64,000 nucleotides of DNA, taken from positions 248,001-312,000 of the forward strand of contig CAJNYD010000005.1 in NCBI GenBank assembly GCA_905331295.1. Reading direction: 5' to 3'. Within the stretch, counting starts at the first letter, position 1. Each line of letters begins with the position of its first letter. The notes beneath the pieces are model-generated. The model was not told the DNA's origin and did no database searches. It was given only the letters and a program-made list of their open reading frames with translations. Source of the stretch: Rotaria socialis (lineage: Eukaryota). This document shows, piece by piece, positions 47,431 through 60,813 of the stretch. The position numbers and the translations under genes are program-made.

Positions 47431-50400
47431 TGTCCTTCCCTTAAATCTGTCACTAGATATGAGTTCGAGTCTTCAAAATCTTGAACTCAACCATTTCTAT
47501 TCATAAGGAACAGTGATCAGAACATCATACACTAAAAAATTCATTTTTTTCTTTCAAAATTTCAATAGGAAATTTGTTATGAGAGGAACCACGAATACCT
47601 TAATCTGTTTTCTCTTTTCTAAAAATCAAAAGAATCTATCAACATTTAGTAGAAAATATAATATTAATATTAATCGATTATCTTCGTTGATAATCAATTC
47701 TTCAAAAACAAAAATAATAATAAAACTATTTGATAAACATAAAATCACGAACCATTTTTTTGAATATCATGACCCATATAACATGAAAGAAATTGAACTA
47801 AATTATAATTTTGATAAAAAGACACAAACGATTTATTTATATTTAATGTTAAACCACGTTCACAAAGTACAATTGATTGATAGAAACCTGATGCTAAACC
47901 AATTGCACCACCTGAAAAACATCAAAATAATTTTTTTTCAAATAACAAAAGTTTTTTTTTTGGCACCAAGATCATCTAAACCTTGATGTTTTCTATATGA
48001 TTGATTTTTAATAGTAATTATATCTGATCTTTGTGTTTGTTTAAATAAACTTTCAAGAATTTTAACAAGACCATGTGGTTTAATTGAAATTTTGTTTTGA
48101 ATAAAATCAAATATTGTTTTTAATGTATATATTTTAACAAGATTAAGAATTAAAAAACGAAATCTATTTGTTTGTCCAGTATTTTTATCATTTATTTCAC
48201 ATTGATATTCTTTTTTTCTTAAATTTAACATTAAATTTTCAATTGAATATAAATTTTTTCCTTCATCATACCAAACAAGTGGAAAATTTTCTTTATTAAT
48301 TATTTGTTTCATAACTTGTATACGTTCATCTTTTCCGCATGAATACCATGAACTATCAGACATTAATATTTCAACGTCAACATCAAATTGATATACAATC
48401 ACTTTATTTGGTGGTGTACAAAAATTAATTTTAAAATGATTTACATAAATTTCAATTCGTTGACCAGCTAAAAGAGAATAAAAGATCAATTTAATTCAAT
48501 CAAAAGAAAAGAAGAAAAACAGATAAAATACCATTTCCTGTTTCTGATGGTCTTTTAGCAATTGTTGTTATTTTAGGATTTAGTATAGATGAAGGACCTG
48601 TTGGATGAACAAATAAACGTGAACATTTTTCTATATAAATTTCAGCATTTGAAGCACTTATTGATGCAACATCATGTGAATCAATATTTTTTTGTTCATC
48701 ATGAAATGATTTTTTATCAACTATTCCACGTGAAGAATATGATCGACGTTGAGAATAATCAGATGATATTCCATCTATACGACTTTTATGACCTAAAAGA
48801 CATTTTCATAGAAGTAATTTTTTCATTTATAAATAAATCCTACGTACCATTTTTATGAGTCATCATCCCAATACTTTTGGCTTATTTTGAATGATATGTT
48901 TTTCTTTATTTAGAAAATTATTTGTTTTTAATCTAAAAATAAATCAAAGAATATTTATTTAAAAAAACAATGTATTCAGCTATCTTATAGATTAGAAAAA
49001 TAAGAATGGTATAGTAGTCGATCTATTGACTGAATTAAATGACTATTTATCTCTCTAACTGTTAAGAACATTTAATAAGGGAGAACGAAATAAAAACAAT
49101 ATGATGTGTATAGAATAAAATATAGAGAAACTCGACGATATCTCAGTACAAACGGCATATCAACTGATTCGAAATTTTGAAAATCGTGCGGATTTGATAA
49201 AAATTACATCGTTCAAAAGAGCTTGAAAAACTGAACAAGGGTATCGAATTTTCTCGGAGAGGTACCCTCTAGTCCCCAGCATCATTTTTTAAAAATAGAT
49301 TATCCAGTAGAACTAGCTACAATATTTTGTTCTCTCTATTTCTCTCTGAATAATCGATTTTTTTTCTCTTTGTCGTTCTGCCTTCGAGGACGATGAGCGT
49401 ATATGCATGTTACTGAATCAGACAGAAGAGGACAAGGAAGATAAATAAAACAACACGTTATTCAAAAAGAAACAGAAGAAAAAAAGATTCCATTTTTGTT
49501 GAGAGATTCATTTTTTTAAATTGTTGTTGATTCTATTTAAACGAAACAAAGAAATTTCGAAGCAGTTGATATGTCAAGTACATAGCGGAAGAATATTATG
49601 TAAAAACGAATTGTTTTCGATCAATTCAACAAAAAATCTTTTTCATAATTTATATCAACGGAAATAAAAATGAAAGACATAGATCCTTTTAAAACAATAA
49701 AAGACAGCAAAACATATTTTTCAATGATAAGTAATCTTTCAAATATTTAGTTTTACTTGTGAATATTTCTCTTTCATTAGGAATGCAGTATGATTAGTTT
49801 AAGACCCTCCCCTACTCAGGAATCGTTTTTCGTTATTCGTGAGTCGGTTTGGCTGAAATTTTCAGAGAATATGGGTGTTGCGTTAGCTTAATTTCTTGCA
49901 AATTTTTGATTCATAAGATTTTTCTTTCAACGAGTTATTGACAAATTGATCCTCAAATGGTGATCTTCGTACGGTACCGATTTCTCGGATTGTTGAAAAG
50001 GTAGAGAGCTAGTGTTTATTTTAGATGAAAGAGATGACGTGAATCTACAAATGTATATACTGTTTTTTCGAAATTCGATTTTGTTCGGATTTCAGAGACA
50101 TTTTTCCGCAATAACTCGGAACACAGCGCTTTTTGGCATCAGTGTTATCCAGTTATCTCGACAAGGAAATTGAATTTCGAAAAAACGCTATATATTTCTG
50201 GACATAGGTCTCTTCTTTTATTTAAAAAACAGTAGCTTGCTACCTCTTCTACAGTCTGAGAAGTTGGTTCCTAACTATCCAAAAAAGTGATTTCGAGAAA
50301 ACGAATCAGCAAGTTTGGAAGATGTGTAAACGGGTGTGAATGCGACAAAATTAATCAATGTGATATATATTTGAAATCAGCGTAAAATATTCTTTTTAAG

Positions 50401-50543
50401 TGACATAATTAAATAAAAATATGAAACAATTTTTTATTTCACGATGACTGTCATGACCCCTATACTGCAATTTCGTTCCAAAATCTGGTTATGAAAACCC
50501 GTCATATTGCTCTAATTAATTAAAATAACAGAACGTATATATA

Positions 50544-50956
50544 TGTTAGCGTGCAATCTCGGATTCAGGCCAATCTCAGATCCACCTAGGCCAATGTCAG
50601 ATTAAAATTTTTTTTATTAAAATCTTCGTAACTACTTGATTTCATGTTCAAAATGAAAACTATTTAGCATAAAATATTAATACTATGCTATTGGAAGATT
50701 TTCAATTATTTCAAAGGGTACTAAGGTTGAGTTGGACAATTTAATCGTGCTTTTCGTAAAATCGATCATTGTTCAAAAAAACATTTATACCATCAGAAAA
50801 CCCATTCTAACCAACATCCTCATCCACATCTTTGTCCTCATACCCTCTCCTTAAAACAGAATTCATTTTGAACATAAAACCAAGTGGTTGCGAAGATTTT
50901 AATAAAAAAAAATTTCAATCTGACATTGGCCTGAATCCGAGATTGGACGCTAACAT
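50544..50956. mobile_element. MITE with ~40-70-bp TIRs, TA-flanked
   Basis: tgttagcgtgcaatctcggattcaggccaat pairs with attggcctgaatccgagattggacgctaaca. Confidence 0.85.
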
Positions 50957-51126
50957 ATATTTCTCATTTCGAACCGTCTACAAATTTGTTGACCACTGTC
51001 ACATTCCCGTAACTATCATCAGTTATCAACCCCTCTCCTTTGTCAAATGCCATCATGTTAAATTTTGCTTCTGAGAAGCGAAAATGATTGAAATACTCTC
51101 AAGTAGATTATGTGTAACAAAAATAG

Positions 51127-51202
51127 CTAGGGCGTTCGCTTTACCAACATTTTCTCGCTGAACGTTCGCTTCATCTGCCATACAGATAAAGCGAACACCT
51201 AG
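51127..51202. mobile_element. Mini inverted-repeat element (CGTTCGCTTT family)
   Basis: ctagggcgttcgctttac ... ataaagcgaacacctag; gcgttcgctttaccaacatt recurs near 51416. Confidence 0.55.
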
Positions 51203-51831
51203 TATATTTAAAATAAAATCAATCAAAAATCAAAAATGCGTTTGATTGAGCTGAACCGCTGGAATTAGATAGAGTTCAAGGAGAGGAATCAAATCATGTT
51301 ATGTAAAAAAAGAAATATTGAAATTTTCAAGGAGGAGTGCTTAAATTTGCTAATTAATCACATTTTTGCTTGTTCTCCGCTGGAGTGTTTGTTTTACCAA
51401 CAATTTTTTTTCTTAGCGTTCGCTTTACCAACATTGGCTCTAAGTAATTATGAACTGCATTCTGTATTTTTTGTACAATTTTTACTATCCTTGATAATTA
51501 GAAAATGGGAAATGTGATCAGAAAGATAAATAGTTTGACTATAGGGTTGTTGCGTCATTGTTTCTCATTTTTATATTAATGGTGATTCATCATGTATCGA
51601 ATTGTAAACAATATGTTTCATATTGTATACAGCACACTAGAGCTATTTTTCAACATTATTGCTTGAAACATATAAACTATCATCACTTGATTACTTGTAT
51701 TGCTCCGCATGCTTCAGCACCAGTAACTCTTCATGAATTTTACCTACCTTCTTGTTTTAAATAGGCCAAAAATGAAAAGAAAACAACAGAACTTCTTTTA
51801 GCAAGGTGAACATTGCATTCTCAGATATTAT

Positions 51832-52055
51832 CTAGAGGGAAACAGCAGACTTTTGGACTTCAAGTTACTTTCAGCTACGTTCAGCTACTTTAAGCTACTT
51901 CAAGTAGTTTGCTTTGAAGTACTTTTCAATTTCAGATTTATCTGAAGTACTTGAGATTACTTCAAGCTACTTCAGCTACTTGGTCCTACTTTGAACTACT
52001 TCAAGCAGTCTATTTTGACGTACTTTTCTACTTCAAGTCTGCCATTTCCCCCTAG
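51832..52055. mobile_element. hAT-like MITE with internal (GCTACTT) repeats
   Basis: TIRs ctagagggaaacagcagactt / aagtctgccatttccccctag; flanks gatattat / ggtattat (8-bp TSD with one mismatch). Confidence 0.75.
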
Positions 52056-52457
52056 GGTATTATACACCATACATATTGATATAAAATAAAGATATATAAT
52101 AAAATTGAAGTGTCGGGTTACCCAAACGAACATTAAACTCGGAATTAACTATATTCGAACACATTTTCTTCATAAAAATAGGCACAATCACTTATAGTTT
52201 ACCCATTTATATTGCGAATAATTCTTTTTCTACGTAGTTTCCTACTGATAAAATTAGAAATCAAGTGTTAAATCTCGATGGTGTGGGTATGAGTATGGGT
52301 TTGAGTGAAGATACTACCTATATCCACACACACCCACACCCTCACACACCCCACATTCAATCTGAAATAGTTGTTTATAGATATTGTGGAATGACAAATT
52401 GTTGTTAACGTCTTTTGTATTTAATAAAATGGAAAAGAAGACTGCTTAAAATAATTT

Positions 52458-52532
52458 GACTCGACTCGACTCGACTCGAAGATGCTGATGACTCGACTCG
52501 ACTCGAGAAAAAGCTTGACTCGCCCATCCCTG
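52458..52532. repeat. (GACTC)n array ending GCCCATCCCTG, likely one end of a hAT-type MITE
   Basis: Pentamer array followed by a CAGGGATGGGC-type terminus on the minus strand. Confidence 0.6.
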
Positions 52533-54534
52533 TTCTATGAAAATAAAATAAAAATAGAACTGTAGTCAGATTGAACGAGTTTTTCTTTTCGTCTAATTCT
52601 GGTTATTCAGATGATTTCTATAAAAAAACAAAAAAAAAGCGCGCATCATGAAACAGGTCAATAATTGTCTTGGCCTTGTCCACGCTAGAAAAGTTTATGC
52701 TAACTTGATAAAACCGTGATTCGTTGAAAATTTAAGTCAGATTTAATGCACTAGTGAACGGCGCATTACAGTTAATGCATCAATCGAGAAAGAACTTGAT
52801 CGACTAATTAAAATCATGAATATGCCTCGTTGAAGTCCCTGTTTATTATTGATAAATAGATATTTTCAATATGATGAATTATCGAATATTGAGAATAGAC
52901 ATTGAACCATGCCGACTAGAAACACTATAATATTTAACGAAACTACTATTGAAATAAAAGGTAGAATAGTTATCTTCTAGATATCGCTATTTAGCATTTA
53001 AATGAAAAAAATGATGAGAAAATCGTCTGAATTTGAATATGTCACAAGAAAGATAAAATATTCCGTTAACTCACAATCAGAAACTACGCATATATAGCTT
53101 ATAATAGAATTTGTCTATGTTTAGACAAAATCACATTAGTGATTGGAAAAGTCGAAAAACAACTCACACTCTTGAGTAGTAATATATGAGTTGGATGCAT
53201 CTCTATATCATTCGAACCAATCCAAAACCGACGGTTAACTGCGCGCTTAATCGTGGTTTACCGGCGGTTTTCGATCGAATGTAAAAGGTTATTTGTTATG
53301 ATCCGTGTTCAGACACAGATCATTAGCACTATGTACCTCGATAGCATTCTAATTGTCTCGCCTATTTTCCTCCACATACTATATCATTGATTATTGATTA
53401 TCTCATTGGAGATAATCGAACTGAATATATCTGTCCCCGTTATTGTTTTGAGTTTATTGTTTTATTATTGCTAAATGTATGTCTTGAACCTGCTAATGAA
53501 CAAGTATTGAAACATCGGAACCGAAATATACACCTTAATATTATTAAAGTTAATTTTGAAAGTCAGAGATAATTTAATGTGTATACAAAAACAGTTTTCG
53601 AATGAAAATCCAACGTATAAATGCTACGATAATAGAGAAAAATGTGAATCAAATTAAATTTTTACCACTTACGCTGTAATTATTGATGTTTTTATTGGCA
53701 CTTTAATCAGGGTATAAAAATTTAGTCAACGATTTGAGTTTCATGATTCATTAGCATCATAGTTTCATGGGAAACTTTTATTGCACCAGCAACCACTAAA
53801 CGCGTGTTTCTTTAGGTTAGGCTATGCTAAAAAGTGTTTTGAGAGAAAGAAAATATAATTAACTAATCTGTTCTATTAAATATTTGTGCGAGTGATTATT
53901 TTCAAAATGTAGAAGGAGCTGTAGATTAAAGAAAACTCTGAGATGTATTTATCACGATGTATCATCTTGCTATTTGATGCAATCTATCAATATTTTTGTT
54001 ATCATGAATATGTCGAAACTCTTAATCAAGCAGATAGTCAAATAAATAATGACACATTTGTTTTAATGGAAAAATAGCGTTCTCAAGCTGTCAGAAGAAG
54101 CATCTGATTATAAAATCAGAAACGTAGCTGCTTCACATATGAAACTTCTCCTAGCAACACTATCGACTTCAATGACATATGAAAAAATTCAATGACCAAT
54201 AGAAGTGTTCAATTGCTCAATGAATGTCCTTGAGAAACTCAATAATTAACAATGTCACTCGAATCTGTAGGAGGGTTTATTTATATTCAATCTGCGCCAG
54301 CACATACTTTTTCGTCTATTATTTTTTCAATTACCATCAAATTTTATTTCAAGTATCTTCAGTTTTTTTCTGCCTTTCTATTAGTTGACATCTGACGGAA
54401 ATTCTAAATCGACTTGTCTTTCTTTGTTTTGCTCTTTTTCTTCTTCATATTTATTGATCTTTCATTCGCGTTCAGTCACTTTCTTAAAATACACCTATAA
54501 ACGTATAGTAATTCATATATAATTACTAACAGCA

Positions 54535-54864
54535 ATGTTTACACAATCGGGTATGCAAATTGTGGTAATGACAATAGTCTATCTCTGCATAGCTAACACT
54601 GCACTTGCAACATCAACCGATATGGAACAAGAAGATCAACAGAAACCTTCAACACGCTTATTCGGACAATTCAATGCTGAACCCAACTATATTTTGACTG
54701 ATCGTCCATATTACAGCAATGATGTCGATACAGATGCGATTTTTCACACAAAACGACAACTGAAAAAGAAATGGGCGAAGTATATACAAGGATCTCAGTC
54801 ACCTTATACTATTGCATTTCCTGCTCTTATTCGTACACGTCGATGGATCGACCAAGAACAATAA
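54535..54864 (+). CDS. Secreted peptide (neuropeptide-like) precursor, 109 aa, intronless CDS
   Basis: Hydrophobic signal peptide ending ALA, acidic spacer, basic sites KR, KKK and RTRR; AATAAA near 54930. Confidence 0.7.
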   Translation: MFTQSGMQIVVMTIVYLCIANTALATSTDMEQEDQQKPSTRLFGQFNAEPNYILTDRPYYSNDVDTDAIFHTKRQLKKKWAKYIQGSQSPYTIAFPALIRTRRWIDQEQ

Positions 54865-55929
54865 TATTTATCCACCGCAAGATGGATACATTCAAGTTGT
54901 TTGTTCTTCTTTTTTGTCCAACTATGAACAAATAAAATAGCAATAAAAAATGATTGAGACATACACTATGTTCACTTTTCCCTCTGTACAAAACAGCAAT
55001 ACATAGAAAAATTGGACAGCAATGAAACAAGGTGAAAGCAAATGATCGAAAAGCTCTGACTATTGGAACATTTTACAACAAACAGGAAGTTTTTCAATTG
55101 TGTTATTTGAATTTGAATAGCTTCAATCAATTTCTTTTCATTGTGAAGTAGATGCTCAATTCATGTTCGAGCATATGAAAATTTTAAAAAATATACCCAT
55201 AATTAGACAGCAAGAAAGTAGAAGATCATGTTTTTTGAATGGTCAAACTTTGACCATAGTAGCAAAAGATAACTTCTCTCCGAATTCTGAGCGAAATTTC
55301 TAATGGTGGTAGCTTTGCATCATTATGTACATAAAAAGAATAGTGCATTGCAGTCATACCAATGAAGGAGATGCTACGCTCTTCCACACCGCGACACTGA
55401 TATGAAAGGCTAGTTACCGAAGGAAATGTTACTTTAGACAGCAGAAATACATATGTTTATGTTCTGATTCAATTAGAGTAGCGTTTTTATTATTTCCAAT
55501 AGTATTGCAAAATATAACTCTTGGCGGGCACAAGAAGCATGCTACCTGCAGCATCCCACTCATTGATTGCAGCAACTTGGATGGAGACTCGAACATTGAA
55601 GATGATTTGTCTAGTATTTCCGCTAATTTTTAGCATTCCAGTTAGGGACACTTGCAACTTGAAATAGTTGACGATTTATTAGAAGCAAACATCAAAAGCA
55701 AAGCAGACTGAAACTGGAAATATTGGTATTCGAGTTTGCAATACTACTCGAACATATCTAACGAAGACGCGATCATATATCTGTATGGATGAAACTCGAT
55801 AGTATTTAGTCGTTTCAATGTAAAAATTTTGATATACCAAGATCGAACAAATAGATTTCAGCACATAAATAAATAAATGAGGGAACATCGGATTCACATC
55901 CGATTATTATGTGTACTGCAAAAATTGAG

Positions 55930-56332
55930 TCGATTTATATATATTGTGAATAATTCTAAGAAAACAATTTTTTTTCGAAAAAATCCCTGTACCCCCCCCC
56001 CTCCTTAGAGATGGTCTGGTCATTACTGACAATTTTTTNTACTTTTATATATATTTTGAATAATTGTAACAAAAAAATTTTTTTTTGTAAAAATCCCGGT
56101 ACCCCCCCCCCCTCCTTAGAGATGGTCTGGTCATTACTGACAATTTTTTCGATAACTCAGCCATTTCTTGACGGATCCTTCTCATCTTCGAACTCGCCTG
56201 AGATATTAATGAGATCATTATGTGTGCAAAATTTCATGACAATTAGATAAGGCTTTCAAAGGTTATCGTGTTAACGGCCGGACACACTGATCGAATCTAG
56301 AGTGTACTCACTTGTTTTGAGTACACAAAAAT
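55930..56332. mobile_element. Helentron/Helitron-like non-autonomous element with internal ~110-bp duplication at an N
   Basis: Terminal hairpin gtgtactca-cttgttt-tgagtacac followed by an A-run; 55939-56038 is repeated at 56048-56149 with N at 56039. Confidence 0.55.
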
Positions 56333-57454
56333 GATATTTTTCTTCTTCGTGTCGCTTTTTGAAATGTACAATTGACAAGAATTATTTGAGCTAGCATATC
56401 AATGGTGAACTCAAAAGAATTTAGGATCATGAGTATCCACGAATCTCTCAATACTGACACTGAATAATATCATATACGTAGTGTAGAATTTAGAATGATT
56501 TAAATACTTTCTTGTTACTTTTAAATACACATGCCGATAGAGTAAAATTTATTTTCAAAAAGAGTTTCACAGCAAATAAAATGAACAGGGATTCATTGAG
56601 GTTATTTTGCAAAATTCTCTACTATACAAGGACTCCGCTAAATAAAATGCTGAGTATTGGTTAAATTTCAAGTACGGAAATTTATCTTTTCGTAGATTAC
56701 TTTAATAAAGAAAAAGTGTATTTTGAAGAGGTATGATCTATAGAAATAATTATCCAGAGATTCTTTTTATACCCATTACATCAGGTCGGATTGCATTAAG
56801 CTAAAATAGGTTTTCGCATTAAACTTTCAATATATCAAGTAATTCAGTCAGAATCAATAACTGAACTCGACAAAATCAACACTTCCATAACATACTTGTA
56901 TTTTTACTTTTTATTAATCCACACATAAACTTTTTCTTGCTGAAATAATATGTTGATGACAATTTCAAAAAAAAAATCTTATTGGTCTATATTCTATACG
57001 AGACTGATTGTTTCCCATAGCAACATGATTTTTCTTCATAGCACTTGAAGCCAATCAAGGTTGATGACTTTTTTTTGTCATCACCAGAAGAATTCAACCT
57101 TGACCGACCTGAAATATAGCTGTCATTATTCGCAATTCTGGTCGAATCAATAGCTATGAAAACAATCACGACTGTTTCTTCCCTTTATCTGCATCACCCA
57201 TATTTCAGTGAAACAGAAAGAAGGATGACAATATCTTGCTGTTGCACACATTAAAAATGCAGAAAGAAAATGTCAAAGAATGCAAAACCAAACAGTTTTT
57301 ATTTTATCGTAGAAAAGAACAGAACAATCATAATAAAAATCAAATGTATGTGTGCTTCGCTTGTTATTTTGCGCATTTCATTACGACAGAAAAATACGTA
57401 TTTCGCTTTGTATCCTGATATTGTTAGATAACTATTTTGTAACGTGTTGAGTAA

Positions 57455-60400
57455 ATGGATAATTCTCCTCCTGATCGTCAAATAAAATCAATTCCGTATC
57501 CGCGAGTTAGCTTATTAGCTGAAGACGAATTATTTGATCCATCTTCTGGTTTACCATCTATATCATGTTTAACAAAACATCTACAAGAAGAAGGTCGTCT
57601 TGATGAAAAATGTGCTTTGCGTCTCGTTGAACTTGCTCGAAAAATATTCGAACGTGAGCCAAATACATTAGCTATTCAAAGACCATTAACAATTGTCGGT
57701 GATATCCATGGACAATTTTATGATCTTTTAACAGTATTAGCAGCTGGTGGTGATCCAGCTAAAACACGCTATTTATTTTTGGGTGACTATGTTGATAGAG
57801 GCCAATTTGAATGTGAATGCATATTTTTATTATTTGCACTCAAAATTAATTATCCACAAAATGTTAATTTACTTCGAGGGTATGTTGTTTTCTTTTCCCA
57901 AAACTAAATACTACAAAATTGATTCGATCATTTACAAGTATCCACAGAGTACAAAAAAAGCCACACTTCTGAAATTACTGTTAAGATAACACGACATAAA
58001 TCTACATCAATTCTATGTACTCTGCTTACCGAAAGTTCAACTTTCTATTTTTTTTCAGATTCTAATAAACTGAATTCTTTCAACTATAGGAGCTTCAAGT
58101 GTTCAACTCATCTAATTCATATAATTTTCATATATTTCGATTGTTATTATTTAGACAATCTTTCATAATCTAGAAACAATAAAGTAACAACATGTAGCTA
58201 TACGTTTATACGTATGCATATGGAAGAAAATCAACAAAGAGCATAGGCGACACACCATGCATGCGGGGGGAAGCAATTGCTTTCCCTGAAATCCCGATAT
58301 TCAGATAGTTTCTTTTTGTAAAATGTTTAGCTGCCGTGAAGCTCATTTTTTCTTCTGAGACTAATTACATCGTGTATGTCGGACATTTATCTTCCCTAAG
58401 AAATTCAAAGTCGATTAGCACCACTTGATAGGACCAAAATAAAGATCAGCTGTTGCTTTTCTGGGATGCAGAAAGAAACTTTCAATCAGCTCTCATCATT
58501 TTGTTTTCTGTTCGATTTTTTTATAGTTTTGTTTACTATGTTAATATATATTTATATGATGGTGATGTTGTAGCGACCACATTATGTGCTAAAGATAGTT
58601 TTCTTGCTAATTCATTTTATGCTGTGTTAGATGTAATTATATTATCAATTAAAGAAAGATTTAATCCCAATCGACTCTCCCTCGCAAAATTACCGTGGAG
58701 TCCTAAAAAAACTAGGAAATCCCTAGGAACTCCCTGGAGGCTCCCTAAAAAAATAGCTAAAGCTCTCTGCGGAGTCCCTAGAGAATCTCTGAGGGATTTA
58801 TCAGGGAGTGTAGGAATATATTTACCGTTTTCTTTTGCGCTTATGGAAGTATATAAGAAACTAAAAATTAAGAAGAAATAACTGTTTATTTTTAACATCA
58901 AGTTTTATCCAGATGATAAATATCATTTGGACTTCGACCTACGCCCGTTTAGTGATAACTCATTATTTTCAGGTGATTTAACAATCGCAGGAGTTATCCA
59001 CTGAGACGTGGTCTTCTAAATGGCTTTGGTAGAAGGTCCTGTTGGACAAAGGCAGATTGGAAAAGATGGGTTTAGGTTCACGGGAAGCTAACAAAAAGTT
59101 AAACAATTTAGAAAAGCCTAAGAAACTGTTGAACTCCTGATAAATGCCTGATCATTTCTGGGGACTTCTTGTCATGAGTCTCCAGGGATTCTTCTAGGGA
59201 GAGTGGACTAGGGTATTCCGTTTATCTTTAATAAATATTGAGCGTAGGTTTGACATTGATTTAGATTCTGGTGTAAAAAAAATTGTATCGAAAAATAAAG
59301 AAAGAAAAAAAATATTTTGAGGATAAATAAGTTGATGATATATGAGTTCTGAAAAAGAAAAATTTTTATTGTTATCACTTTAAAAAATTTATTGCTTCCC
59401 CGNAGTCCACTCTCCCTAGAAGAATCCCTGGAGACTCATGACAAAAAGTAACATATAAATAATTTATACAGAGGAATAAAAAAAACGACCATATAACTCA
59501 TGATGCAGACTAACTATGACGCAAAGTTGCTTAGTTTATGAAGTTTATGAGTTGGTAATCAGTTTTATTCGTCGAGGATTTTTTCTTTTCTGTGATTTTT
59601 CGTTCAGTAGCAGAAAAGATCAACATTTGCTACATTCAGTAAAACGACTGCTCAGTAAACACTGACAGTGTTAAATATTTATTAACATCGGAAAGTAACT
59701 CAGATCATTGGCTTGGTTCGATTTCTACGTCTATCATTCTTGTTAAAAGAAAGAACATTTTTTACTTATTTCTTCTTTTAGAAATCATGAAACCCGTCAA
59801 ATGACAAAAGCCTTTCAATTTAAGTTAGAATGTAAAAGAAAATATGGATCATTAGCATTTTACGATGCTTGCATGCATGCTTTCGATGCATTACCTTTGT
59901 GTGCTCTGGTCGATTCACGTTTTCTATGCATGCATGGTGGATTGTCACCTGATATTCGTACTTTATCAGACATTGCAAGTCTTGATCGTTTTAAAGAAAC
60001 ATCATATTCAGGTCCATTATGCGATTTACTATGGTGTGATCCCAGTGAAGATTTTGATGATATTAATGATGAACAACCTGACTTCAAACCAAATAAGGTC
60101 CGTGGATGTGCACATTTTTTTTCATATTATGCTTGCCGAGATTTTTTATTACGAAATAATCTTTTATGCATAATACGTGGTCATGAAGTTCAAAAAAATG
60201 GTGTTAGATTTTTTCGAAAATCATCTCGTACTAAATTTCCTGTACTGATATCTCTATTTTCGGCACCAAATTATTGTGATACATACAATAATGTTGCAGC
60301 TATACTTAAAATTGATAGTAATCAACAAATATCTGTTGTGCACATAGAAGCACACTCTCATCCATTTGTCTTGCCGAATTTCGAAAACGGTAAAATAAAC

Positions 60401-60813
60401 TAATTATTTTCTTGCTTTGTTTCTAACAAAACACTGTTTCTTATGTCATAGGATTTCAATTCGGTGAACGATTTATTCTTTATTATGCTACTCATCTTCT
60501 TTTATCAATTTTTAACATATATTCACCAGAAGAATTAGCTTCTGAAGATGGTCGTCAAGATAAAACGGCCATAGAATTACTGAATAAAAAACGACTAATT
60601 GAAACAATGGATCACGCTTATAGTGACTTGAAAAAAACAAATAATATTGCACTTAACTTACGTGGTCTTACACCATCTTATAATTCTTACAAAGAGTTGC
60701 TCGCTCGGCCTGATATTCAAGCATTAATTAATGAGGCTGAAAAAGGACTTATCAGCAATTTCGATCAAGCTATTCAGTTAGATCAAATATTTGAGCGACG
60801 ACCAACGAATTGA
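57455..60813 (+). CDS. Divergent calcineurin A (PP2B/PPP3 catalytic subunit); exons 57455-57879, 59782-60389, 60452-60813
   Basis: GDIHGQFYDL, GDYVDRG, LRG|NHE, HGGLSP, DLLWCDP, IIRGHE, FSAPNY; calcineurin-specific EGRL, HPFVLPNF and AID-like FDQAIQLDQIFERRP. Confidence 0.92.
58244..59402. mobile_element. Nested DNA transposons in calcineurin intron 1: outer element with CGGGGGGAAGCAAT inverted ends, inner CCC-terminus MITE at about 58666-59213
   Basis: 58264 cggggggaagcaat pairs with 59391 attgcttcccccg; inner cccaatcgactctccct pairs with agggagagtggactaggg; N at 59403. Confidence 0.7.

Larger units (their letters stand above)
43495..48866 (-). pseudogene. Divergent Argonaute-family gene (N-PAZ-MID-PIWI) with two in-frame stops
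   Basis: GQRIEIYVNHF, VYQFDVDV, YDEGKNLYS, GFYQSI, LRYPHLPVV..LPMELV, PGRILSSPEIKY, HNTRFF..NVPPGTVIDT, FDFYLNS, PRAIYYA. TGA at 46402-46404 and TAA at 44607-44609. Confidence 0.88.

Noticed and set aside
47513..47986. 157-aa plus-strand ORF
   Set aside because: Low-complexity antisense to Argonaute exons and introns.
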